Positions 51,718 to 64,000 of a stretch of 64,000 nucleotides of DNA are shown piece by piece (the stretch's first letter is position 1; each line of letters begins with the position of its first letter). The notes under the pieces were generated by a model. It saw nothing but the letters and a program-made list of their open reading frames with translations, did no database searches and had not been told where the DNA came from. The translations under genes and the position numbers were made by a program. The DNA is taken from contig NC_134025.1 in the NCBI RefSeq assembly GCF_964204645.1, positions 18,017,101-18,081,100 on the forward strand, written 5' to 3'. Source of the stretch: Tubulanus polymorphus. Taxonomy: Eukaryota; Animalia; Nemertea.

Positions 51718-52635
51718 TAATGTTGCATCCAACATCGACCGGCACCAAAAATTAGCAAGAAAATCCATGTTCATCGCGTTTGTATTTATATGAAACCTGG
51801 CAACAAAATACCAGATATAATCAAAATTTCCCTAAGATTCATTTGTAAGGCATCACAAGATTAAGATGCGTTTTGGGATCAGAATTATTGAATTTGAAAA
51901 CCGATATAAATCACATTCCCACCAGGCAGGAGGGGAACACGCCATTTTGCTTTTTCATTATCGACTAATCATCGTTCCGTTCGGACATATTTTCCAGCAC
52001 GGAGTGGGTTGTCATGCCGTTTTCTATCATTTAATTATAAGTTCAATTAATGGTGTAGGTGATTACAGTTCGTATGATAAGAATAATAGCTTACTTCAAA
52101 GAAAATATTTGATTAACTTACTTGAGCTCGGCAATACCGCAACACCCTTGCTCGACGAAAATGGCGCGTGAGCTAACCGAGTGCAAAATGGGGATTCCCA
52201 TATCCTTGATTTTCTGATTATACAATGAATATTGCCTCGAAACCACAAGATTAATAGTAAACAAATAAATACATAGATTTTCTTTATTTCTAAAAATGAA
52301 TCTTTATTCTTAAATCAAATTCTTCTTGATTCGATTGAACAGCGGCTCTCCCAGTGACGTCATCATCATGAAAACAAGGTCAAGCATCGATTAGTAGAAT
52401 GGGGAAAAATTTACGAAAAATGTATCGAAAATTTGCTCATTTTTTCCCAGTACTTTCAAATTGCTTAGAGCTGATGGGCGAAACTGGCCATATTAATTCC
52501 ACTATCTATTTCCCTCCAAATGACAAAATATCAGCTGTGTATATTTAGTGGTTACAATTTGTGCCACCAAGAGCTAACAGAAAGTTAAACTCAGAACCAT
52601 TCTATAAGGATCAACACAGTTGATCCTAAAAACTG

Positions 52636-54790
52636 ATAATATACAAAAATACAATGATGGAAGAGAATTTGATAATTCATTTGTTCATGGACTCTTAGAT
52701 TATCATAATATTAAATATTTTTCAACAAAATCGGATAAAAAAGCAGCAGTTTTTGAACGATTTAATAGAACATTAAGAACAAGAATGTAAAAAATTTCTC
52801 AGCAAATAATACTTATAAAAGGATTTATATTTTACCAAAATTGATAGGAGGTTATAATAATTCTTATCATTCTTCTATTGGAATGAAACCTTTTGATGCT
52901 AGAAAACCTGAAAATGCTGAAATTGTTTATAATAATTTATATGGGGCATTTCTTATAGATGATTTTGGTGAACCTAAATTTAAAGTTTGTCAAAATGTTA
53001 GAATTTCTAAGTATAAAAAGATATTTGATAAAGGATACATCCATAATCTTACTAGAGAAATATATAAAATAAATAAAGTAATAACAACAAAACCATATGT
53101 CTATAAATTAGAAGATTTAGATGGTGAAGAAGTTGATGGGTATTTTTAAGAAGAAGAATTAAGTTTAACCACTGAAAATCTAGAACAAGAATATAAAATC
53201 GAAAAAGTAGTAAAAACAAAAACTGTTAAAAGAAAAAATATTCTTCAGTAAAATGGATTGGATGGCCTCATAGATTTAACGAACGGATATTATCAAGTAA
53301 AATTAAAGATATATAAATGAATTAGGAATTATTTATATTTGAACCTCATAATATGTTAATTTTTGGTGTAAAAAATTGTGGAAAAACTTATTTTATATTA
53401 AATTCATTAGACAATGTTTATAAAAACTATAGTATTATTTTGTCCAACGTATGAATTTAAACAAACTTATGATAGAAATATTACTAGAAATAATAAATTT
53501 ATTGTATAAGATCCTAAAACAGTTAAAGAAAATTTAGATAATTGTATTAAAATAGAATTTGATCAAATTATTTATCATAGATGATTGTGCAAATTTACAT
53601 GATTCAAAAATACGAGAAAGTGAATTATGTTATTTAGCTTTTTCTGGTAAACATTTTGGGATAACAACGTGGGTTTTAAATCAAAACTATAATTCAATTG
53701 ATAAAGATTTTAGAGAAAACATTAGATTTTTAGTATTATTCTACAATAAAGATAGAAAATCAATGAAAAATGCGCTTGAGGAAAATGATATTATTCCACA
53801 TGATTTACATAATGAATATATGGATAAATTGAAAAATAATAAAAGATCAAAATTACTATTTCGATTACAACACCCATTTAAATATGAATTTATTTAAGTT
53901 CAACTAGCTTGTTAATCCATTATATTTTTATTTACATTCTAGTTGAAATTTAATTGATGGTAGTTGAAACAAATATCAAATAAAATTCAACAAGAAATAA
54001 ATAAAAACAATAATATTTCAACTAGCTTGTTAAACTAGTATATTTTTAGTTACATTCTAGTTGAATTCTAGTTGCAACAACACAACTATTTGTTTTGTAA
54101 TAAAAATGGGTGGTGAAAAGAAAATAAAATCTAAAAATAGTGATGTTCCAATTGAAAAAAACTTTGGTTGATTTAGGTATAACAGAAACAAAATTAACAG
54201 ATACAAAATTAACTCCAGATGATGGTGCTTTAAATGATATCAAATTTGTGTTGTTAATAATTTTGAAACTACTACTATTAAAAATGAAAATATTTGTGAA
54301 ATTCCAAAATTCACAATAAAAAAAAATGGATTAATATTTTAGAAAAAAAGCAAAAAATAATTTTATTTTTAATTAATTGAATATCTAGCTACTTTTGTCT
54401 ATCTACGCGGAACAATTCAATTGTCCAGATAAGTCATTTCGGATTCTAGATATTCATTATTTTTATTTTTTTATTTATTAAACAATTTCTAAATCATGAT
54501 GACCGTCTTCAATTTTTCCATGATAAATTATTTTAAATCCATCTAAATCTTTTAATTCCTCTTTACTCAATGAAACCCAATTATCAGGTAAAAATACTTT
54601 AAATTCCCGCGTTGTACTAACAGTACAGTAACTTAAATTCGCTGATATTTCATCTCCATATTTAGTTTTTATCTTTTCTAATTTTAATAATTTATGTTCA
54701 ATTTCTTTTGTAACATCGACTAACTTTTTCATTTCAAATTGTTTTTGCTGGTTTTATTCTGTTATTTATTTCTGTTATTTATTATTCTGA
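52636..54790 (+). mobile_element. Polinton fragment C: integrase 3' half, ATPase, repeat array, deleted ORFs, terminal small ORF
   Basis: Closely similar to 22370-25350 of copy B in the opposite orientation; many stops. Confidence 0.92.
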
Positions 54791-57394
54791 AAACGCCATA
54801 TTCCCATTACTAGCGCGTTCACACGCAAACCATTCACTCGATACTAAACATTGGTCAAACAAAGCGAAGTGGATCATATCCAGTGCCAGTTGCAATTCAA
54901 ACGCAATCATTGGTCTGGTGCTAAAATTTGGCTCGGGCTTGGTCCGACGTTTTTGGTCGGGCTAAATTTGGCCCGGGCCAAACAGGCTCGGGCCCATTTG
55001 GCACCCGTGTTAACAGTTGTTCCGGGCCAAAGATGCTCGTGTGATTGCCTTTGTTTCTCTGAATGTTGCTATTTAAAGTTCAATCATTTCAGTCTACCAA
55101 ACAAAGGATTTTCCGTATGTCTGGTGACATGTATTTCCATAACCCTAGGACTGCATTTTAGGTATTTTTCGCGGATGACCGAAAGCTGCTGTCTCTTTCT
55201 AGTAATTTGATGGTATCTTTCGAAATTTAAATTTCAATAAAGGACCAATGGCCCAGCAGCTCACCGACATGATAATCTGAGAAGTAAAAGGAAGAAAGCA
55301 AAATATGCTTTCAAATAAGTGGCTGCTGACCTGGTCCCAAAGTAATTGGTCAGGAAGATCTCATCGAGAGATTAAGTCTGGCAGTGTTAATCTTACCAGT
55401 CAATCCTGTGGTAACATTGAGCTTTGCATTTGAAATTGGGGTGGATGGGGGGGGGGGGGGGTAATAATCAAAGCTTAGTTGACAAAGAACTGTGAGATGG
55501 AGAGGTAACACTTCATATAAAATAAAATGTTTAATTCTTTTGCAAAATAACAAGCTAATTTTTTTACAATAACTTGAATCTTGAATAGTTCAGATGTTCC
55601 GTCGTACATGTATCTAGGTTATGGTTTCTCGTGAACGTCGTAATTTTTGTTATAAGTTTAATGACTGCTACTCGCCAGATCATTACCTAAACAAGAGGCC
55701 CTGAAGGTAAAGAAGAGAAAATATATGTTTTACTGATGCTTCTGTATTCCATTGCCCTAGCAAACTAATTAATGACCAAATATCGCGAGTTGCTAAATTA
55801 CGCTAAATATTAAGTTCGTTCGTATCATCTCGAATTTCAGCCTGGCCACCCTCAAGAAAAGTTTTAAACGCCTGTGCAATGTTCTATCAAAATCATTGAA
55901 GAAACTGTTTTCATGCACAAGCACGCATTGTAGCGACAGATAAGAAGACAAAGCAACTCAAACCCACCGTTCATATCGCTAAATCGGGTCTTTAATTATG
56001 TTTTTTATAACTTTTTTCGGAAATAATTCAGTAATCGCACATTCGCTATTAAAATAGCTTCAGGGACAGCCGAAAATGTGGAGAGCTCTCAATTGGCAAG
56101 CTGTTGCTACCATCATTAATCGGTATTGCGCAATCGCAAGGCCAGCAAATCCATTGAGTAAAAAGTGGAGGGGTGGAAGATTATTTTTTTCTCCTAATAA
56201 CCTATAGTAGCAAACGATATAGCTGAAAGAAGTTTGTATTCCGATTCAGCAGGCATTTTTTTTTACAAACGAGGTCCAGTCATGAAAAAATGAAGGTCTT
56301 TTTGTTGGATATACATTGTGATTCGTTAATTCATCAGGAGAAACTGAAGACTTACCTCCCTCCCTCGTACATGTACCATACCCGACGACTGGTGGAAGTT
56401 AATACGCTACGGTTTCTTCGAGTATCTTGACGTCGACGGTACTCTTATTTCAAGAGTCAGTGACCAAAGTATAAAAATGTAACGTGCTTTTCCGCCATTT
56501 GTTTTCTTAACAGTAATCGTCAATACACAGCTTGATATTTTACGAAATGGATCTATTTTAGCGAGGATCCACCTGTCATTCTACACAGTGTTAAGCGCAT
56601 GCGCATCTACTAATGACTATTCATGAGCTAAGGAAATTTTCTAATTATCTAAAATTTTACAGCTTAGATCAATCACATCGCAACGAAATTCGCACAATAG
56701 CGAGTGTTAGGCTATTTGAATCATCTGCAACAAGAAATACGACCGGGTCTATCACCGTTTCAAAATAAATGTGGCTTGTTAACATCCCTTTCTAGCAATA
56801 TTGGCACAAGACCAACTAGACCGTTGGCATAAGAAGCGAACCATAGGTTCGCTAAAAAGGAATCAGACATATCTCCTTGTTTGACTAAGTATGAACTCAA
56901 CTTTAAGGGACACTCCCTTAAAAGGTGCCGAAGTAAAATCATGTGTCGAGTGGAGATGATATTGTGTCAGAATTTCATCAAAATCGGAGAAAATTGAATA
57001 TTTTGAAAATAATGATTTTACGTGTATGTTTAAATCCGTCATAACTGGAGCAATTTTCATAAAAACATATCTATGGAATCAGCAATTAATTGTAATTAAG
57101 AAGAATACTATGTTTAAGATGTTATCAAAGAAACAAGTTTTCTGAATTCGTCAACTGTGAAACTAGTGCCAATCAAATGTGTTCCCATTAAACAACCGAC
57201 CGCGAGCCGAGTCGATGTGGGACGTGGCCTAGACTGAAAATCTCAAGAGCTATACTACCGGTTTTTAGGTGCCTCTGAACGTCGGCCGTTAAAAAACTGA
57301 ACAATTGTTATTTGGAAAGGGCCTAGTTAGAGAAAATGCTAGATGTGTATGTATATCGTGTGACACAGGCTCCATATTCCAACGAAACACACAC

Positions 57395-60380
57395 AAGATA
57401 GATAATTATCCTGTTAGAATTAAAAATATCCCAAAAATAGAAAGAGATAATAATATAAAGATAAATGTGTTTGATTTAGTCAAATTGCCAAAAACAAAAG
57501 GTAATTATATTAAACATTATACATTAGAAACTCTTATACTTATCAAAAGATTATGATTCAAATGAATCATATATTATGAGAATCATTATATGTGGATAAA
57601 ACGTATTGATTTATTTTTCAAATCAGAAAATGATTTTGATAATAAAATATATCTATGTAGAAAATGTATAACTAAATTCAGAACCGAAAGTGCATTATTA
57701 AATCATAAACAATTATGTGAAAATCATGATTATTGTAAAATAGTTTTACAAAATGAAAAGGATAAAGTATTAGAATTCAAAAAATATGATTACAAGAATA
57801 AAGTACCATTTGTTATATATGGAGATTTTGAATCATTAAATAAAGAATTAACTGATCAAGATAGAAAAGAAATATATCATAAAAGAAAGAAATTAAATTC
57901 TAATGAAAATGATGTTATTGATTATTCAGATCCTCTAATAACAAATACAATTAAAAAGATTCATCAATCAGCTGCAGCTTTTGGATTATATATAAAATCT
58001 GATAATCCAGAACTAATCAAAAGTGAATATTATAATTATAGAAATGAAAATGTTATAAATCGTTTTTGTGACTTATTAATTGAGTATGAAATCAAATTTA
58101 GTAAAGTATTAGATACAAATAAAGAAATTATAATGACGGAAGAAGATAAAGAAGAATTTGAGTTTGCTGATAAATGTTATTATTGTGAAAAACTATTTAA
58201 TTATAAAGATAAAAAAGTGAGAGACCATGATCATTTGAATGGAAAGTGCGGTGCACGAGAATTGTAACTTACAAGAAAATCAATTTTGTTCCAGTAATAT
58301 TTCATAATTTATCAGGGTATGACGCTCATTTATTTATCAAACAGTTATGCCATAAGATAGAAGAAATCAATAATGAAATAGGAAGATTAAATTTAAATAG
58401 ATCAAAAGATAAAATACCAACTAAATTTAAAATGTTAGCTAAAACGTCTGAGAATTATATATCATTCCAATTTGGGTGTCTAACTTTTATAGATTCATAT
58501 AGATTTTTAAGTAGTTCATTAGATAACTTATCAAAATCATTAGTTGATGATGAATTAAAGATATTAAAACAACACTACCCAAATAATGATGATTTTCAAT
58601 TAATCAGATATAAAGGCGCAATTCCATATTCATTTTATAAATCGCATAATGATTTCAATATAACTGAATTATTAAGAGAACAATTGATGATGAATTAAAA
58701 AATGATGAATTAAAAAATGAATATGTTAAAGATGAAGTCTATAATAGAACATTGAATATTTGGGATCATTTCAAAATAATAAATCATGGACAATTAGTAG
58801 ATTTATATTTAAAATCAGATGTATTATTATTAACTGATATATTTGAAAGGTCTAGAGATGTAAACCTAAAATATTTTAATATTGATCCTTGCCATTGTTA
58901 TTCATCACCAGGATTAACTTGGGATTGTGGTTTAAAATTTACAGATATAAAAATAGATTTGTTAACAAATATAGATCAATTATTATTATTTGAAAAATCT
59001 ATAAGAGGAGGAGTTTCAGGTGTATTAGGTGATAGATATTTCAATGTAAATGATAATCCTGGATATAAGTTATTATATATAGATTATTAAGTTATTATAT
59101 ATAGATTATAATCTTTATGGATGGGCAATGATGGAACCATAACCTTATGGAGTATTTGAAGTAAGTGAAGTTTTACAACATGAAAATAATAAATTTGATT
59201 GGAAGAAAAGAATTCTAGATATTGCAGATGATTCAGAGACTGGTTACTTCTTTGTTGTAAACTTGGAATATCCTGAAGATAGAAAATTTAAATCTAGAAA
59301 TCTAGCATACTGTCCAGAACATAAAACTGTAACGCATGAAGAATTATCAAATCATCAAAAAAGAATTAAACCCGAAAATCATATTCCTACAGAAAAGTTA
59401 ATGGTAACTCAGGAAGATAAATATAATTAAGTAGTGTATTATAGAATGTTGAAATTTTAATTGAATCAAGGAATGATTCTAAAAAAAGTACATAGATATA
59501 TTTCATTCAGTCAATCTAAATAGTTAGAAAAATATATAGATTTTAACACCAAACAGAGAACTAGAGCTAAAACTGATTTTGAGAAAGATTTCTTCAAACT
59601 AATGAATAATGCATTCTATGGTAAGACTTGTGAAAATATTAGAAATAGAAATGATATTGAGTTAGTTAGTAATGGTAAAAGAATTAGACATTTACAAACA
59701 TATCCTAAGTTCATAGGTAACAGAATATTTGATGAAAATTTAGCGGCAGTTAAAATGAGGAGAACATCTATGAAATTTAATAAACCAATCTATGTTAGAG
59801 CATCAGTTTTAGAAATATCAAAACTATTAATGTATGAATTCTATTATAACGTATTACAACCTCATTTTGGAGAAAAGCATATAGAAATCATATATTGATA
59901 TTGATACTGACAGTTACATAGTAAAGATAAAAACTAATAACATAACTGATGATTTAAAAACATTAAAACATCATTTCGACTTTAGTAATTATCCAAAAGA
60001 TCATGAATTGTTTGACAATGATAATAAAAAGGTGCCTGGTAAATTCAAAGATGAATTAGGAGGTGAAGAAATGATAGAGTTCATAGGTATTAGATCTAAA
60101 ATGTATTCATATAAAACTATGAACTCATGAATCAAAGAAATTGAAAGGAATAACCAAAAGCGTTGTTGAAAAGAATATTCATTTCAAAGATTACATCAAT
60201 TGTATATTTAATGAAGAAGTTAGAAAACATAAGATGAAATGTTTAAGATCTGAGTACCACGAGATGTTTATTGAAGAAATTGATAAGGTTAGTCTAAATC
60301 CATTTGACGATAAAAGATATATTCTGGATGATGGTATACACACAGTTGCTTATGGTTGCAATTTAGGAGAATATCTATAA
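57395..60380 (+). pseudogene. Intein-less pPolB pseudogene (copy D)
   Basis: VIYGDFES, FHNLSGYDAH, MNNAFYGKT; contiguous ATT GAT ACT GAC AGT TAC (IDTDSY) at 59900-59917. Confidence 0.93.
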
Positions 60381-60483
60381 TTTAAAAGTGAAGAAACAAA
60401 AGAGAATGAAATATTGAAAAGGAATCTAACGTGTTAATCAAATTTTGATAAAGATATGTATAATAAATGGAGCCAATGGATAA

Positions 60484-60860
60484 ATGGAACAATCACAAAC
60501 TATCAATATAAAAAATAATGGTGTTGTAAATATATATCAGAAGACATGTTGCAAATGTAAAAAAAGTAAACCATTTACAGAATATTATAATCATAAAACT
60601 AAGAAAGATGGTAAACAAACATATTGCAAAAGCTGTACTAAACTATATAATAAAAAATTTCTTGAAAATAATCCAAATTATCCAACAGAATATTATATGG
60701 ATAATATTGAAAAATTCAAAGTTAAAAATAAAAAATGGAGAGAAAATCATCGAGATTATAAAACAGAATATATGAGAGAATGGAGGGATAATAATCGTGA
60801 ACATTAAAATAATATATTAATAATTATCAAAAAGAAAGGCGCCGAACAGATTTTAATTCA
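60484..60860 (+). pseudogene. Truncated N-terminus of a putative HNH/endonuclease VII-type protein
   Basis: KTCCKCKKSKPFTEYY..KDG..YCKSC, then K/E/Y-rich helix and, after a frameshift, YQKERRRTD. No catalytic domain visible. Confidence 0.5.
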
Positions 60861-60894
60861 ATTACCACAAATTATGGTTACAAAATCAACCAAC

Positions 60895-62561
60895 GAGGAG
60901 AGAATCCCACAATGATAATAAAAAGTCCGAAAATGAAACTTCGAGATAGTAGTTACCATCACTTAACATTAACTTCGGCATTCCTACGGATTGTATCATC
61001 GACCTTATCTCTATTTGTACGACGGACTCCTTTTTTGAATTCAACAATTGTTTTTACGAACAGACATTCGGTATCGCTATGGGAAATCCTCTTAGTCCTA
61101 TTCTAGCTAATTTATTCCTAGAACATGTTGAATCTGAAATATTGCCTCTGTATACTGATATTCACCCTTAAATCTGGCTCAGATATGTTGACGATGTTCT
61201 GGCTTTGGTTCCCTTTGACTTCAATGTTGAAAACTTTCTTATATATTTAAACTCCCTTTACCCGTCTCTGGCTTTTACGTATGAATGGGAATCTAATAGT
61301 AAAATACCTTTTTTGGATGTTTTGATTTTTAACTGTGGATACTTTTTGAAATTCGCGGTTTATAGGAAACCTACCAACGCTGAACCCTACCTCCATTACT
61401 TCTCTTTTACTTCTCCGGATATTAAACTCGTTTAGCTCAAGGATTATTTCTTCGCGCTTTGAGAATTTGCGACCCCTCATTTCTACCCGATGAAATTCAA
61501 CATATTAACCAATCTCTCAAAAAACTTGCCTACCCCGATTTCCTATAGAAAAAAGCTCTCCTTAAAGCTCGTACTACGCATTTTAGAAATAACAACCTTA
61601 GAACTCCTACGTTGGCTACCGATAAACAGCCTATCATTGTACCGTATGTACCTTTCCTCGAGGATTCTAAAGTTTCTCTTCGGTCACTAAATAAACAACT
61701 TATCTTTAAATACAATAATAAACTTAGTAACATATTGATTAATAACAAACCGAAAACCGAATCCCTAAACTGTGGAATTTATAAAATACCTTGTAAAGTT
61801 TGCGACAAAGTATATATAGGAGAAACAGGTCGGAATCTTAATCAACGCATAAAAGAGCATAAATTAGATGTAAAAAACTTTAAACCTGAAAGCGGAGTTG
61901 CTAGTCATGTTTTTCAGACTTCACACAATTTTGATTTTACTAATGCTGAATTAATTTACCCTTGCAGCGATAAAACTAGAAGACATATTTTGGAATCTGC
62001 ATTAATTATTGAAAATTCGAACAACGTTGTAAACCTTAACAATGGTTTTTCACCCCATAATAAACTTATATCAAAATTCCTCTGTAAACTGGTTAAACTC
62101 AACACTTGATTTCCCCTTTGATTATTTGTTATTTGTTCTCTCATCAATTTCGTCTCTGACTTAACTTGTATTCACCTTTGTTTTAATTTAAGTGCCCTCT
62201 AGTTTGTCTTTCTTTTTAATACTGACTTTAAGTTTCATTTATATTTATACTCACTATTGTTGTTTATAATTACCCCTTAGTTTGCTTCCCTTTAATCTAT
62301 TTTAGCGTGTAACTGTTTCTACGTTAATTTTCCTTTAGTTTGTATCATCTCTGATTACTTGAATTATTCTCTTTGTCTCTGGATTGTATATATATCTAAT
62401 AATTTCTGTAGTATCTCATTATTCCTGAAGATGACTATAAGGATATAGTCGAAACGTTGAAATAAACTACTATCTCGAAGTTTCATTTTCGGACTTTTTA
62501 TTATCATTGTGGGATTCTCTCCTCATCGCGTCAACACGGATATAGTGTTCTACCAATCGTG
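60895..62561 (+). mobile_element. 5'-truncated Penelope-like retroelement (RT plus GIY-YIG) inserted in the integrase of copy D
   Basis: GIAMGNPLSPILANLF, WLRYVDD, IPFLDV, VYRKPT; GIYKIPC..YIGETGR..RIKEH; 13-bp TSD AAAATCAACCAAC (60882-60894, 62562-62574); about 60-bp inverted copy of the 3' end at the 5' side. Confidence 0.93.
62418..62466 (+). ncRNA. Minimal hammerhead ribozyme-like motif in the Penelope terminal repeat
   Basis: CTGAAGA, stem GACTATA/TATAGTC, GAAACGTT, flanked by TTATTC / GAAATAA. Confidence 0.6.
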
Positions 62562-63502
62562 AAAATCAACCAACATATCAAATCCACAAGAAAATGGATA
62601 AAACTTATTTAACAAGAAAAGTTATGGTTTCATATATCGATCAACAATGGCAAGCAGATTTAATTGACAGGAAGAATTTAGAAGAACACAACAAAGGATA
62701 TTTCTGGATATTAAATGTTATACATGTATTCAGTAGATACGCATGGTCAATTCCAATCAAAAATAAAACTGGTATAGAAGTTACAAATGCTTTTAAAAAT
62801 ATATTTAAAGAAGCTATTCCAGGTAAGATACAATTTGATGAAGGTAAGGAATTTTATAATAAACATTTTAAAAAACTATTATCTGATAACGATGTAGAGT
62901 ATTTTTCAACACACTCAGATAAAAAAGCATCTATTATAGAAAGAATTAATAAAACATTGAAAACTAGAATGTGGAAATATTTTACTGCTAATGAAACATA
63001 TAAATATATCGATGTGTTAGATGATTTAGTGAAAGGTTATAATAATTCAAAACATAGTTCTATAAATATGAAACCTATACAAGCTAGAAAAGAAGATAAT
63101 TCAGTTTGGAATAATTTATATGAAGCATTTGTTACACATGATTTTGGAGAACCTAAATTTAAAATAGGGCAACATGTTAGAATATCTAAATATAGAAAAA
63201 CCTTTTATAAAGGTTATACCCCTTATTTTACTGAAGAAATATTCAAGATTAAAAAGATAATATTAACTAAACCTTTTGTTTATAAATTAGAAGATTTAAA
63301 AGTTGAAGAAATATTAGGTTATTTCTATGAACAAGAATTATCACTTGTACCAAATCCAGATGAAATAGAATACAAAATAGAAAAAGTATTGAAAACAAAA
63401 ACTCTTAAAGGAAAAAAGTATTCTTTGGTGAAATATAAAGGGTATGATGATAAATTTAATGAATGGAATTTATCTAGTAAAATTAAAAGAATAAATGAAT
63501 AA
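62562..63502 (+). pseudogene. rve integrase with chromodomain (copy D); N-terminus disrupted
   Basis: QQWQADLID, QFDEGKEF, IERINKTLK, LVKYKGYDDKFNEW. Confidence 0.92.
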
Positions 63503-64000
63503 AGATTTATTTATATTTGAACCGCATAATATGTTAGTTTCCGGGGTAACCAACTGTGATAAAACACATTTCATATTAGACTTGTTAGAAACTATTTATA
63601 AGAATCATTTTGATAATATAATATTATTCTGTCCTACTTATGAAATGAATAAAACATATAATAGAGATAAAGTTAAGATAAAAAAGTTTATTATATTAGA
63701 TCCTAAAACAGTAAAAGAAAATTTAGATAATTGTATTAAAATAGCAATTGATATTTATAAAGGATCAAATACATAATTCATTATAGATGATTGTGCAAAT
63801 TTACATGAGAGAAAGAGAGTTGTGTTATCTCGCTTTCTCTGGGAGACATTTTGGGATAACAACATGGGTTTTAAATCAAAAATATAATTCAATTGTTAAA
63901 GACTTTAGGGAGACTAAGATTTCTAGTTTTATTTTATAACAAAGATAGAAAATCTATGCAACAATGATTGGAAGAAAATCAAATTATACCTACTGAATTA
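63495..64000 (+). pseudogene. Packaging ATPase (copy D)
   Basis: VSGVTNCDKT (Walker A G to D), IIDDCANLH after a stop, GRHFGITTWVLNQKY. Confidence 0.88.

Larger units (their letters stand above)
57395..64000 (+). mobile_element. Polinton fragment D (divergent family): pPolB, endonuclease remnant, integrase, ATPase
   Basis: ORF fragments clearly more diverged from B than A and C are; runs off the window end. Confidence 0.92.

Noticed and set aside
54790-57394. Non-coding stretch with GGCCC palindromes, a G-run and short ORFs
   Set aside because: Probably repeat fragments, but I could not define termini, TSDs or protein motifs.
1-64000. Alternative genetic code or programmed frameshifting to explain broken ORFs
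   Set aside because: Stops of all three types and indels fall at different positions in different copies, which indicates decay or sequencing error.

Overview
AT-rich animal (probably marine invertebrate) DNA made almost entirely of nested mobile elements; no prokaryotic genes, rRNA or CRISPR were seen. It holds four Polinton/Maverick (adintovirus-like) segments: fragment A (1-11250), a full-length but decaying element B (21965-38163, terminal inverted repeats and a 6-bp GATGAC target duplication), fragment C (52636-54790) and a divergent fragment D (57395-64000). Also present are a CR1 LINE carrying an L2 LINE that itself carries an apparently intact spliced hAT transposon, an RTE fragment, a decayed Helentron with several non-autonomous inserts, and a Penelope element. 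Main finding: the protein-primed PolB of elements A and B has a ~355-aa intein with a LAGLIDADG homing endonuclease inserted in the catalytic YxD|TD motif, closely resembling my recollection of the Mimivirus PolB intein. Element D has the empty site. Nearly all Polinton genes also start with a T-tract plus TAAATG motif resembling poxvirus late promoters. Together these hint at a giant-virus-associated (virophage-like) lifestyle, which is inference. Family calls come from motif recognition only; no searches were run.
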